DNA of 63,983 nucleotides, filler included, from Reticulomyxa filosa (lineage: Eukaryota > Protista > Foraminifera), in NCBI GenBank assembly GCA_000512085.1. It is 10 parts of 10 records of this genome, joined end to end, with 100 filler letters (N's around TTAATTAATTAA, not from the genome) between each part and the next. Parts side by side here need not be neighbours in the genome. Positions count along the whole stretch, not along the records: positions 1 to 16,602 come from ASPP01028985.1; 9 more parts are not named here. One strand, 5' to 3'. A program made the position numbers and the translations under genes. Of this stretch, positions 1 to 12,438 are shown in pieces; position 1 is the stretch's first letter, and every line of letters begins with the position of its first letter. The notes under the pieces were generated by a model that saw nothing but the letters and a program-made list of their open reading frames with translations, ran no database searches and was not told the DNA's origin.

Positions 1-120
1 ATTATATTCCTTCTCTTCCTCGCTTTGTTCTCTGCACAAGTATATGCCAATGGATGCATTGCACGAAGCTTGTTCAATTCATTGAGGTTCAAACAACAGC
101 AACAACAACCACTATCATGC

Positions 121-151
<31 letters not shown>

Positions 152-2671
152 GCTGCTGACACAGACAATCAATCAACACCTTGTTCATAACACTCAGACT
201 TTGTGACGAGCTACCCAGCCACATGGCTTGCCAAAGACTGTCGTCTTCCGAGTTTGGCTGCACGCGGGCATGTGCGGTCCACCATTTGTTCATTCGAGTA
301 CTGTATCGGATGAGCGTTTCTTCGACTGTGTCCTTTTTGGATGGAGGAGCAGTGGTAGTGGTGGTGATAGTGATATCCATATCGGCACTCTTTGCGCCTT
401 CATGCTTCTCCTCGTGGCCTTGTCGCGATGTAGCAAACATCATTTGTGTTTTTTTGGGTAATGGCAACGGCAATGACGGAATTGCTTTTTTTTTGTCTTA
501 TTTTTATCTTTATGCATTTTTGCGTTATTTGTTTTCGCTCGTGTTGTCGTCGTCAATCGATCTGTATGAGTGGTAGTGGTGGCATTAACACCATTGGCAT
601 TGGCATTGGCATTGGCATTGCCATTGCCATTGGAATGGTTGCTATTACTCTCCGGCGGAAACAGCAATGGAATTTCTTTGGGTCGAAAAGGATTGGCTGC
701 TGTTTGCTTTTTCTCATACACGTTATCCTTGCCACTGACACTTGCATTTGCATTTGCATTTGCATTTGCATTTGCATTTGCATTTGCATGTGTGTCTATG
801 TGGATATCAAAGTTGGAATGAAACATCTTTTGACACATAAGCGGCGCTGTTGCCGAGTCATTTGTTTTGTTTGGACAAGGTGATTGCGACAATGACTGAC
901 AGTGATGCATTGGATGAACGGCAGCGTGTGGATGCGCTTTTGCTCGCAAATCCAACTGTTGCTTCTGCGAGCTATCACGACGATGACGACTACGACTACG
1001 ACTACGACTACGAAGACGAAGACGAAGACGAAGATGATCACTGTTGTCATCACCAATCGTCGATGCTGACATTGGCACTGCAACTTGCTCTTTGTCCTTC
1101 TCAATCAAATAGTCGATTTGTTTTTGCATCACTTTCATCAATTTGCTTTGCTCTTTCATTTGCAATAGCAGCTCTTCGTTCTTTAGTCTCTCTTCTTGCC
1201 ATTTTTCTTCCAACATTTCCTTTTGCACTTTCAGTCTTTCTTTTTCTATTTCCCACGTCAACGCTTTCTTGTTACTTGCAATGGCATTCTCATTCTCATT
1301 CTCATTTTCGTTTCCATCTTCGTGGCCTTGGTCTTCCTCATCTTCTCTATCTTTGTTCTTGTCATCGCCATATCGCTCCGAGTTCAGCCCCGCCATGTCT
1401 TTGTCGTCACTCGCATACCATTTGCCACTCGTCGGCGTTACAATCTTGTCTACGCTTGAGCGTCGTCGAAAGTATCGTACTTGTTTTCTTTTTGTTATAC
1501 GTCAAAAAATTCCTCACTAGGGAAAACAAAGTACTTTATTAAAATTTTTTTTGAATTCCTTCTTTAAAAAAAAAAAAGAAGAGGGGGAGAGGAGGGGAGG
1601 AAGGGGAAAAAGGAAGAAGAATAACTCATTTGCTGAAATTTGAATAGACATCAAGTCAGACTTGGGATAGTTTAGATTATGTCGTTGAATAGGATGATAA
1701 ATTGGAGAGGGATGATTGTTCTTCTTATTGTTATTATTATTATTATTATTATTATTGTTGATAGTGATAGAAAGTGGTGGACACATAGAGGGATTTGATA
1801 TCGAAGTGACGGAGAATCTTTGCAGTGGAGTTGCATTTGGAATAGACAAAGACAGATTCTGCAATGACTTGCTTTTGTTTTTGGCCGTGACGGTGTCACG
1901 GGGATTGGGATAACAAGTACTCGTTTGGACGTGCGACGACCTATGAAGACCAATCGTACCAGTTTCGATATGTCGAAACGAGGAAGAGGATACAGGCAGA
2001 GGGGATGGATCAGTTGACATACGTGTTTGGACTGGCTTATGACCTTTGTTCTGTTGGCCGTCGGAGGATTGACTGACGTGCAAACACACCATGTGCAATG
2101 GCACAATCAATCCATTTTTGGATTGATGGTGACATTCGAAATAGGTAATGCCGTCCACTGTTCCTGTGTGGCATTGCATCGAAGATGATCCTCCATCTTC
2201 TCTTTCCTCGTTACTCTCTTTCCTTATAATTTCCACGCCAACGTATGGACTATTTTGACTTTGCGATTGGGGGCTACGGTGATAGTATCCAATAAATTTT
2301 ATACTGCCATATACATTTTGCGATGGCAGGTGCACTATGTCATGCGTACTTAGACGCGATCCAGACGTAGAGGTTAATATCACTCCTTCGATTTGCTTCA
2401 TCTTTACAAATATACCATGATTGCTCTTGGTTTTGAAATATGTATGCTTCTTGTAATTTCCGTTATGTTTTCCATACGGACGTCGTAAACTTATTCCGTA
2501 CCAATCCCCTTCTTCTCCTTCCAACGGCCCAATATACGCTACCTCACCCAACCAGTTGTTGTCCAAACGCACTGTATCGCCATAACACACTTTTTCCACA
2601 CATAAATGAGAAGTCTTGTCGCAAACAAGCCCTTTGCTCACCACATGACCGGAAGGATGATGTGTGAACAT
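1..2671 (-). CDS. Tandem CAP-Gly domain protein with low-complexity/coiled-coil C-terminus (multi-exon, 3' end probably off window)
   Basis: ORF 1517..2761 has CAP-Gly consensus GEVAYIGPLEGEEGDWYGISLRRPYGKHNGNYKKHTYF...HGIFVK and a second degenerate copy (GSIKFIG...YVGVE...GTVDGITYFEC). First in-frame ATG is at 2671. ORF 440..1396 (coiled coil, RS/NA repeats) is probably a downstream exon after the A/T-run intron near 1500-1620; that join is inferred. Confidence 0.75.
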
Positions 2672-4127
2672 ACTGCCAGGTAGTTCGAGCTCCTTAAGTA
2701 GACTTGACTTTTTTTTCGATTTAAAGTTAGTAATTTTTTTCCTTCGGCATCTATCGTGCAATGCTTCAGTTTAGTATGTGATTTTTCTACATTTTGGATT
2801 TTTGTTTCTAGTTACATTTACTCAAATTGAGCAAAGAATGTGATAACCTTTTGCAATAGTACAACGGCAAAAAGTTATATTTATAGAAAAAAATATCAAA
2901 ATTATCACAGAGACAATCAATAAAATAAAGACAATTAGTTAATATCACAAATGGTTACACCTTGCACAAAAATTTTAGTTGTAATTTTTTCAAAAAAGTT
3001 TTTGTTTGTACTTTTTAGAGTTTTCTTTTGTCTTTCAGTTTTTAAATTGTTCAACGTTTGTTATTGAAAGTGTTTTGCATTTATTAATTTGTCTTTCCGA
3101 AAAAAAACACGCAGTTTGTTTTTTAAAACAATGTCATAAAGCACTGGTCTGCTTTACTTGATGACATAACCTCATAGTAATACTGACAAAGATAAGTTGT
3201 TACAATAAAATAAATTAGACTGTACTAACACAATGAAAGTATCTTTTGTCAAGTGTATCAGTAATAGATAGTATCTCGTTGTATATCTTGGTAATATCTA
3301 AAGTATGTTCGACATAATAAACATGTCTTTGTTTGCAATAATAATCTATTTTTCAATGATGATTCGTTACCCTTTGCGAACGCATTAGTAAATTAAACTT
3401 TGCAACAGATAACACACAACAAGACAAAACTACTATTTATAATTATGTACTTTTTGTTTTATTATTTTACAGTATTTTATAAATTTTTTATCATACCTTT
3501 TAACCATAAGATAATTATAAATCAGTATAATTTTTTTAACAATATTGATAGTTTATGTAAAATAAAATATTAAGTAATGCTTGTTTGATTAATGTGAAAA
3601 ATCGCTCAAAGTATTACTTTTCGATCAATTCTCTGTTTGAACACTGTTAACTTACTGTTCTTTGTCATTGTTAACACATAATTTTACTTTTACTGGCTCT
3701 TGACTATCTATATTGCGTTCGTATTATGTATTCATATAAGATATTTTTTGTTACTCTGTGTCGTGTTGAGCAGGGTGGTCCGTCTGTAGAAATGATTTGC
3801 TGGCAAATCGTGAGTTTTTTTTTAAGCATAGCATATTTCTACTTTTTGTAACTTCTTTGAATTGTAAATTTTTGCAATTTCTATTTTACTACTTAATTTG
3901 GCCGTACCACAAGGTTTGCAAAGGATTTTTTTTGGAAAGGTTATTTTCAAGCGACGGCTTGCATGGCACATACGAATCAAATGTCAGAAAACGAAATCAA
4001 TTTGTTTGATTGGTACAGCAACTTAGACGGTGTGTTGTTGTGTTTCCCTGGTTGAACAGGGAAATGTTGTATGCCTATGAATTGTCTAGTGTGTAACAAA
4101 CAGCACGATTTTAAAGTGACAATATGA

Positions 4128-4742
4128 TTGTTTGACTCTCGACTACTATGGCGAGGGGAGTTAGAAAGAACGCGGGCAGTAATAGCCCAAGCCACAACAA
4201 AAAGCGAAGACGACTTCAAAAAGCTGATGGACTTGATGTTAAAAGGAAAGAGGTACGATCAATCCCAACTTTCAACTTTGAAAGCATTTGTGCAATCGCT
4301 GGGATCACTTGACGAGCAATCACAAGCAAAAGCAGTGAAGGGGAAAGCAAAGGGGACAAAAAGGACCGAAACAAAAAGCAAAAAAGGAAATAAGCAGACA
4401 AAGATCAAAAAAACGAGTAGCAAAAAAGTAGATGAGCCATATTCTCCCTCTTTGGTTCCCAAAGCAGACAAGGTCGATTCATATGCACGCATGAAGACAT
4501 CAAATAATGAGCCATTGGAACAAAAGGTAGAGGATAATACGACAACGTACAATAACAACCCTTCAAAAAAAAAACAAAAAAGCAAAAAAGACCAACCAAC
4601 AAAAGATTACGTTACAAGTGACCACATATGCCCCATCTCATCCAAGGGTTAAAAAAAGCAAAAAAACAATCGACCCCTCATCTTCTTCGAATACGTATGA
4701 CAGCAATAATAATAGTGCACATTTGCATGAGGAGCAAAAAAG

Positions 4743-4774
<32 letters not shown>

Positions 4775-6192
4775 ATAGTGATCACCACACGGAAATGCGA
4801 AGCAGGTACCCTTTGGCTTCCAAACGTTCCGTCCAAAAAGGCAATAAACCACAACATCGTGGTCGTGTAGTCATGTTAAGTGTAAAGCTCTCTGAAACGG
4901 ACTCAGCACCATTTGACGATGAAATTGAGATGGAAGAACAAAACTCTGCTGTTTGCAAAAGTACGTGGCAACCTCCTTCGTGGTACAATTTGAAACTCGT
5001 AGACGACGGGAGTTTCTTGGATGAAAAGAAAGCTCATCGTGGAAATATCCACATCAGAACGACGCAAAAATTGGACAAGTCCGATAGCTCTCCTGGTCGA
5101 ACCATGTACGCCAATTCCAAAGACTTGAGGATATCCACTACACCTAATAGCGCTAGTCGAGCCAAACGTAACCCTCTTTTTGCTGGTATCAACAATGATG
5201 GGCGTGGCACTGGCAAACTAGAGTCAACATTTAGGGGTAATCATATCAATACTGATAGCACTGGCGCTGGTGGAGATGGTGGTAATGTTGTCAAGTGCTC
5301 AATTCATGGCAGCGGAGGATCAGGTTTGGAAAATTTTGTTTTGTTTTGGTTTGTTTTTTTAATTGGCGTTTGTTTGTGTTGTACGTAATGATTGGATAAT
5401 CTCTATATCAATTAACAAAAAAAAAAAAAAAAAAGGTGGCTGTGAGTGCATGATTAATAAGTCAAGTGGGGGAGATGGAGGGAGTAAAGTCAGTGAGGGG
5501 GGCCATGGTGGCGATGAAGGCAAGGCAAGTCGTAATAGTTCGGACAATGGCATAATTTTCATGAATATCATTGCAGATAATCCCGAAACTGATGATCACA
5601 ATGATAAACACAGTGATGATCAGAGTAATGATTACAATGACGGTCGTCATGACAAAAATGATAATTGTGTCGGAGATGACAGTAGTCACCACAGTGGCGT
5701 TGACAATAAAGGAGAGGAAACACAAAAAAGCGGACAAGAGGAAGAAAGGCAAAGAGATGGAAAAGCAAACGAGATCATAAAGGATGAAAATCCAGAAGGC
5801 ACACAAAAAGTGAAAAAGTAGAAGGTGTTGTAATTGATGATACTAAAGGTGACAGTACTGAAGTGCATTGTAATGATGAAAAAAAAAACAACAACGAAGA
5901 CCAAATGCTTCCCAAAAAAGCGGAAAGCGATATCAATTCCCCCGTCAAACCTGCTTTGTCTTCAAATAACCAATTGGGCAATTTTACTGAATATTCTTGG
6001 ACACAGCAACGTGTAGTTGGCAAATTAGATATGAGCAAATATCAACATTTAAATAAAATCAGTGTCTCATTGACAAATTCACGAAGACTGGGGTTAAAAG
6101 ATAAAACAGATCTGGATTTATCTCTTCGGAAACAATATTCTCAACGACCTCCTAGCACCGTCACTGGACCATCTGAAGAGCAGCATAATTGA
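4128..6192 (+). CDS. Hypothetical hydrophilic low-complexity protein (several ORF segments joined by an intron and homopolymer frameshifts)
   Basis: Consecutive same-strand ORFs 4128..4652, 4618..5388, 5363..5821 and 5863..6192, rich in K/N/D/S. Intron-like GT..A-run AG at about 5324-5434. No recognisable domain. Confidence 0.5.
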
Positions 6193-6912
6193 AATTCCAC
6201 CAAAAGTAAAAAAAAAACAAATTGTAAGCCTTGATTTAAGTAAATGGACTGGTTTCTTTCTTCTTTTTTCAATCTAAAGTTAGTAATTTTTTTTTTCAAT
6301 GTTTGTGATGAATGCTTTAGTCTAGTCTGCGGTTTTCATTTTTTCTAAATTTTTTGGTTTTTTATTTCAAGTGTATATTTTACTTCAAATACTGGAGCAA
6401 AGAATTCACAACGAGGCCTAACATCGGAAAAAGTATTTTGTTTTACAATTAGAATATTCTCTCATATTAAGTGTAAAACGAAAGACGAATATTAAAATCG
6501 GTGCGTCGATAGAAAAAGTTGAAAAATTGAATTAAAAGAAAAAAAGAATAAGACCTAAACCTAGTTTAAGAAGAGGCGTATTGAAATATTAAGACTACGA
6601 CACAATAACAGATTTATGCTGATTGATTAACTTTTTTTAATATTTGATATACTCGTTATTCTGGCCTTATCAAAAGAATAAGTAATTATGTACACGTTAT
6701 TTATTAAGTATAATTGCAAGTTGGAGCATTTTTTAGATGGTCAGGAAAAATACTTAAATAGGAAATTGCCTCTTTGCCGATAACAAATTGTGGTTCAAAA
6801 CTAAAGGCGTGGAGACGAGGCAAAAATAAAAAGAAAGTGGATACTAGATTTACTTCAAAGGGAAAATGAAACAGTGAAAATAATAACCTCACGTATGATT
6901 GTCCCGTTCTTC

Positions 6913-8346
6913 TTAACTAACTCCTAAAAACTCCAAAAAAATTTTATTATTGGCGACACCAGGAAAGCGAAGCATTTTTTTGAGATAATTTTCTAATAAC
7001 ACCCTTCTTTCTTCAATGAAACTGTCGTCACTGTGATTGTAGATTACTTTGATACGTTTTGGCGGGAGAGACGGCAACTGATTGAGCTGATGAATCATCG
7101 CTTCACGTTCTTGGAGTGTTTGACAATCACCCAGCAACTTCCGCCGCAACTCGTTGTGCATATCGCAAAACTGAATAAATCTTTTCAACACAGTCCAAGA
7201 TCCATAAGAAGAGCGGTTGTTTTCATTGCTCACTTGAATTTTGTATAATACATGGTCAGAAAGTTTTCGAACCGATGAAATTTTTACATTTGTTACCTTT
7301 CATTTTCATTCCCCAGCCCCACCGAACAATAGTAAAATGAGACACTTTATTTAACAGCATCTTTCAATCTTCACACAGAACAATTTTTTTTTTTTTTTTT
7401 TTTTAAAAAAAAGGGGGAGAAGCTATGTACGCGAATTTGCAGTAAATGTAAACACAAATAGAAAACTTCTTGGTCTTGAGGAAAGTCGAAACTTTCACTA
7501 AGCTTGTTGTGCGTCTTGCTTCCATTTTGCTCAGAACGTGTGCTCGGCTCTTCATTGCTTGCCGAAACTTTGCGATTTTTGTCGTCGTTTTTATCTGGTG
7601 ACTTCGAGAATGCCTTTGTGCATATATCACTTTTGAAGAACTCGAATATGAGAGGGTGATGACCCAATTCTTTGTGCCTTAGTAACTTTTTGCAATAATT
7701 ATCCAACAACGCCCGTCTTTGCTATGCAGTCAATTCACACGTATCCCCACATCCCCCCCCCCCTTTCCCCCCTTTCAAGATCAAATATGCATATGCAATG
7801 GAGAATTCACAGATTTTTTTGTTCTCTGAGCTTCTCTTTCAATTTTGTTACTACGCAACTTCTGTGAAGCGAGGTTTTGTGTGATTTGTGAGAAATTTGT
7901 AATGTTTCGACGGAAGAAATGGCAACTTCTTCACGTTGAGCTCTTGCAATTTTTGGTGTAACTCTTCAAATTGACTGTATCTTTAAGGTTCAAGTTTTTA
8001 TGTATATGTGCAAAAAAAAAAAAAAAGTAGTGTGAACTTTCTTCTCTTCCTCCCCCCCCCCTTTGATTGGCTTTGTTTGAAAATGTTAAAAAAAACTACC
8101 TTTTTTGGACAACCCATGCACTTTTTTCAGTTTGCAGATAAATGATATAATAAGCGATCCCTTCTCGTACCTCCACGTCTCGGATTTTCACTGAATTAAT
8201 GTTTGAATTGGATTGGTTGGCGGAAGTTCCCTTTTTACGTTTTTATTACTGTTGCCATCCGAATTTTTCTCTTCTGCTTTTTGCTCTGACTTTGGTGCTT
8301 TTTGCTCTTCTTCCGAAGACGCTGTTTTGGTGTCTTGATGGAGCAT
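6913..8346 (-). CDS. Tandem PX-domain (sorting-nexin-like) protein
   Basis: PX1: AYYIIYLQTEKSAWVVQK|RYSQFEELHQKL...LPFLPSK...RRALLDNYCKKLL...IFEFF. PX2: WTVLKRFIQFCDMHNEL...LPSLPPK...FIEERRVLLENYLKKML...FLEFL. ATG at 8346, stop at 6913, several introns. Confidence 0.85.
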
Positions 8347-8693
8347 GATTAATTATTTTTTTGCTTCCCACAAAAGCCTGACAATGCTCTTTTTTAAAGA
8401 AGTCAATAATTACTGCTAATTATTTTTGTAATATTTGCGAGGGAAAGTTTTGTTCAAAAAGCCTTTTTTCTTTGAGGCCTTATTTTGCTTTATTTGAAAT
8501 ATATTGTTATGCTTTAAAGTGTAGGGAATTGCAATGTGGAGATTGTTCTATAGTGTATTTTACTTACTATTTTTTAAAAAAATCAACATCTTGGCCTAAC
8601 GCTCCTTTTTACGACAGGTTCAAAAGCACGGGGACAGAAAGAGGAAAAAAAAACAAAAATTGAGTAAAGCGACGTTATTGTATTAGCGTAACA

Positions 8694-10089
8694 ATGGCAA
8701 AGTTACGCATATGTTATGGCGACGAGGTGAAGTTGTTGGACGGAAAAGAAGGAATAGTAAAATATATAGGCCATACAGACTTCTTCCCAGGAAGGACTTG
8801 GCTTGGGATAGAACTGCACACGAATGATGGTAAACATGATGGCAAGGTGAGAAATCGAGTTTACTTCAATTGCCAAGAAAATCATGGTATATTTGTGCAA
8901 TCAAAAGAAATCGCAGTGGTTCTAAAAAGTAAGGAGGATAGGGGGGGGGAGGGGGGGAACTTGGTATATGTCCATATACATATATGTGACATGTATGGAA
9001 GAAGAGGGAGGGGACACACTGTAAAGAGGGGGAGAGGAAAAAAAAAAAAAAGTTGATGTATACATGTTTGAATGAATTGCGATTGGTATGAACAAAAATG
9101 AAAAAAAAATGTCCAGGCAAAGAGATAGACAAAGAGATTCCATTGGATGAGCTGGTGTATGTGAACAACTATGGGAAAGGGCGCGTGAGATTTGTGGGAC
9201 AAACGATGTTCGATGACACAGGGATATGGTATGGAATCGAGTTACTTCAAAGAGACAAAAGAGCGGCAAAAGGGAACACAGATGGAACAATTGACAACAT
9301 TGTTTATTTCAAATGTGAAAATCATTGCGGAGTATTTGTGCGTTCGAATCAATTAAGACTTGTGGGTATGAACAAAAAAAAAAAAAAGAGAAAAAGAAAA
9401 AAAGATTATAGCATTTGATCAATCGATTGACCAAATATATATAATACATATACAATATATATATTGTATATATTTGATCGACAAAATGAACAAAAAAAAA
9501 AAAAAAAAAAAAAATAGAGAGGGGGGGAGGGGGGGTTTGAATGATGGAATTGGGAACAGACACAAAAGCATCACGTGCGTCATTGATAAAGAACACATTT
9601 ACAAATGCGAACTTGATGAACAAGCTTCCGGCGCTGAAGCCTCGCAAACCTCAAGAGAAAGAGTCAAGCCAGACGGACACCACGCCATCGGTGACCAATA
9701 GCAAGTCGATACCGAAAAGTCCAAATAAACTGGCAGTGAATATTCGCAATGTACAGTCGCGCTCGGTGATATTGAACATCCCTCCTCCGGCCTCCTTTTC
9801 TCCCGATTCGTATGGACGTAGGATTCCTTATCTGCAGGCCCACTTACCCACGTCCTTGGTGATCCAGCGCAACCAGTTTTCGACGCCGCGAAGTCGATTG
9901 AACTCGAGACTCGCTCCACAGCCGGTCAACCAAGCGCCGGCAACAGTCGGCTGGAGCAAGTCCCTGGAACGTTCCACGCTTGTCGGGAAGCCGAGACAAG
10001 GTGATGCTGTGACCCCTCAGACCATTGCCAAGACTATTGTCGTGACACGTTCCAAAAACTCACCCATTTGTACTCTTTGTCGTTATGGC

Positions 10090-10121
<32 letters not shown>

Positions 10122-10977
10122 CGACGATGACGATGATGATGATGATGGTAATAATCGTAATAATCGTAATAATCGTAATAATCGTAATAATCGTAATAAT
10201 CGTAATAATCGTAAAAATAACAATAACAATAATAATAACAATAACAATAACAATAACAATAACAATCATCATCATCACCATCACACTCATGCTCATCCTC
10301 AACACCAGCATAATGAAAATCAATTTCCAAGCTTTCGACCTGGCCATCGCCATCGATTCCACAGACAACACAATGTCCCATTGCTCACGTTGAATCGACG
10401 GAATTCGGACAGCTCCCATTTTAGCATGCTGGCGAGACAAGGGTCGAGGTCGATGTACCGACGTAACGTCGACAGGGAGTTCCATTCCGACGAAAGTTCG
10501 TGCGGTGGGGATGAGGACTTTGATTGGCTTGACCCTTTCAAAGACGTCAGCTTTCGTCAGCGTCATCAACATCATCAGTATCAACAGCATCCTCAATATC
10601 ATCAACACGACGAAGATGACGTAGCGACGGAGGCACCAACAGAAGCAGCGACAGAGATAGCAACAGATGTAGCAACAGATGTAGCAACAGATGTAGCAAC
10701 AGAGGTAGCAACGGAGGCAGGAAATGGACGAGAGGACGATCTCGAGACGGATATGAATGTCGAGATGGATACGGACTTGGACATGGATATTGACATGGAT
10801 ATTGATATTGATATGGACATTGATATGGACACAGACATTGAGGCGAAGAGACATCCGGACGACGCTGACGCGGATGCCGAAAGTGATGATCATGACGACC
10901 ATCGTCATGTCTTTCGTCCGCGGAATTATAACAGAAATGGTAATCATGATGATGGTGATAATGACAACGACGATGAC

Positions 10978-11009
<32 letters not shown>

Positions 11010-12393
11010 CAAAGAACTCGAGGAAGAAGAAGAAACGATTTCGAAGGTATCTCGAAGGAACAGTGATAGCTTACTCGTGACCAGAGAGCGTCTGATTGAA
11101 CTCGAATTAGAGAGAAGTCTTGTTTCCTCGAAGCGAGGCAACAAATACTACGACAGTCCGCAGCAGCAACCACGGGCCCGTAAAAACGCAATCGAAGACG
11201 AGTTCGATCAGTCCAACACGCCGCGTTTCCCAAGGCTTCCATCAAAGAAACAAAGAGCGGCCAGAAGCGCCTTGGATGGCGATAACAAACCTGGTCACTT
11301 GCTCATTCAAGATAATAACAACAATAACAAGGGCAATATTAACAGTAAGAAAGAAAGACATAATACTTATACTCATAATCATACTCACACTTATAATTAC
11401 AATCACAATTATAATTATGTTCCCAATCCTAATGTCTTGCTTAGTCATGTTCAAAAAGAAAAAGAAACGGAAAAAGCAAAAGACAGCGAAAAAGAGAGAC
11501 TGTTCGATCCGAAAAAGAAAAGACACAGTGCAAATATTTATTACAACCGTTGGGAAAAGGAAATGAATCCTGCGAATGACCATCGCCAAATCAATGTCGT
11601 GCGAAGACGTCTGAGAGACAAAAAACCCCCACAAAAATTTAAAAACAATAATGGTTTGCTTATCTCTCACACAGACTTAGCCAAGGGTGCATCGGATAGT
11701 GACTTTGTGGATGGTATGGACTTGTATACATACATATATGTATACATATATGTATACATATACATACACATATACATATATATATATATATAATTCCCTC
11801 TTTTGCAATTGTATGTATGTGTCAATATATCCTTACAAAGACAAATGATCACAGTGTGGTTGACAATAAAAAAAAAAAAAGAGACCCCGAAGCCACCACC
11901 CCCGCCTCCATCTCCGTCCCCGTCTGTGTCCGCTTCGAAAGAGAACGACGAACGAAGCAAAACGGAAATGTCGCATTTCAACGGAACCTCCAAAGACGTG
12001 AAACGGATAAGCAAGAGTCCGGAACAGACGCCTTTGCCGCCGACCCCGCGCAACCACACGGAAACGTCAAGCACGTTTGGAACTACAAATGAGCCAAGTG
12101 TGGACAGCGTCACCACCAACGACAAAGAAAAGTCGTTCCCTGTCTTCAACAAGGCCAACAAGTACAATTCAGTCACCGGCTTCTTGCAAGTGGACCACTT
12201 CAACAACTTGGATATGAGGATACGGAGTCGTTCCGCTATCACAAACGCCGAAGAAAAAAAAACTCAAAGCAGACTTTTGAACAGAGAAGATGAATCTTAT
12301 TTAACAACTGGTATATACATATACATACATATATGTATTATATGTAATATATATATGTATATTTATTGTTTTAAATATATGTACGTATACGTT

Positions 12394-12438
<45 letters not shown>

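Noticed and set aside
10034-11245. Long antisense or alternative-frame ORFs (also 850..1542, 26319..27020, 12791..13294, 47315..47812)
   Set aside because: Shadows of stop-poor microsatellite repeats in real exons, giving poly-I/V/L/H products with no domain signal.
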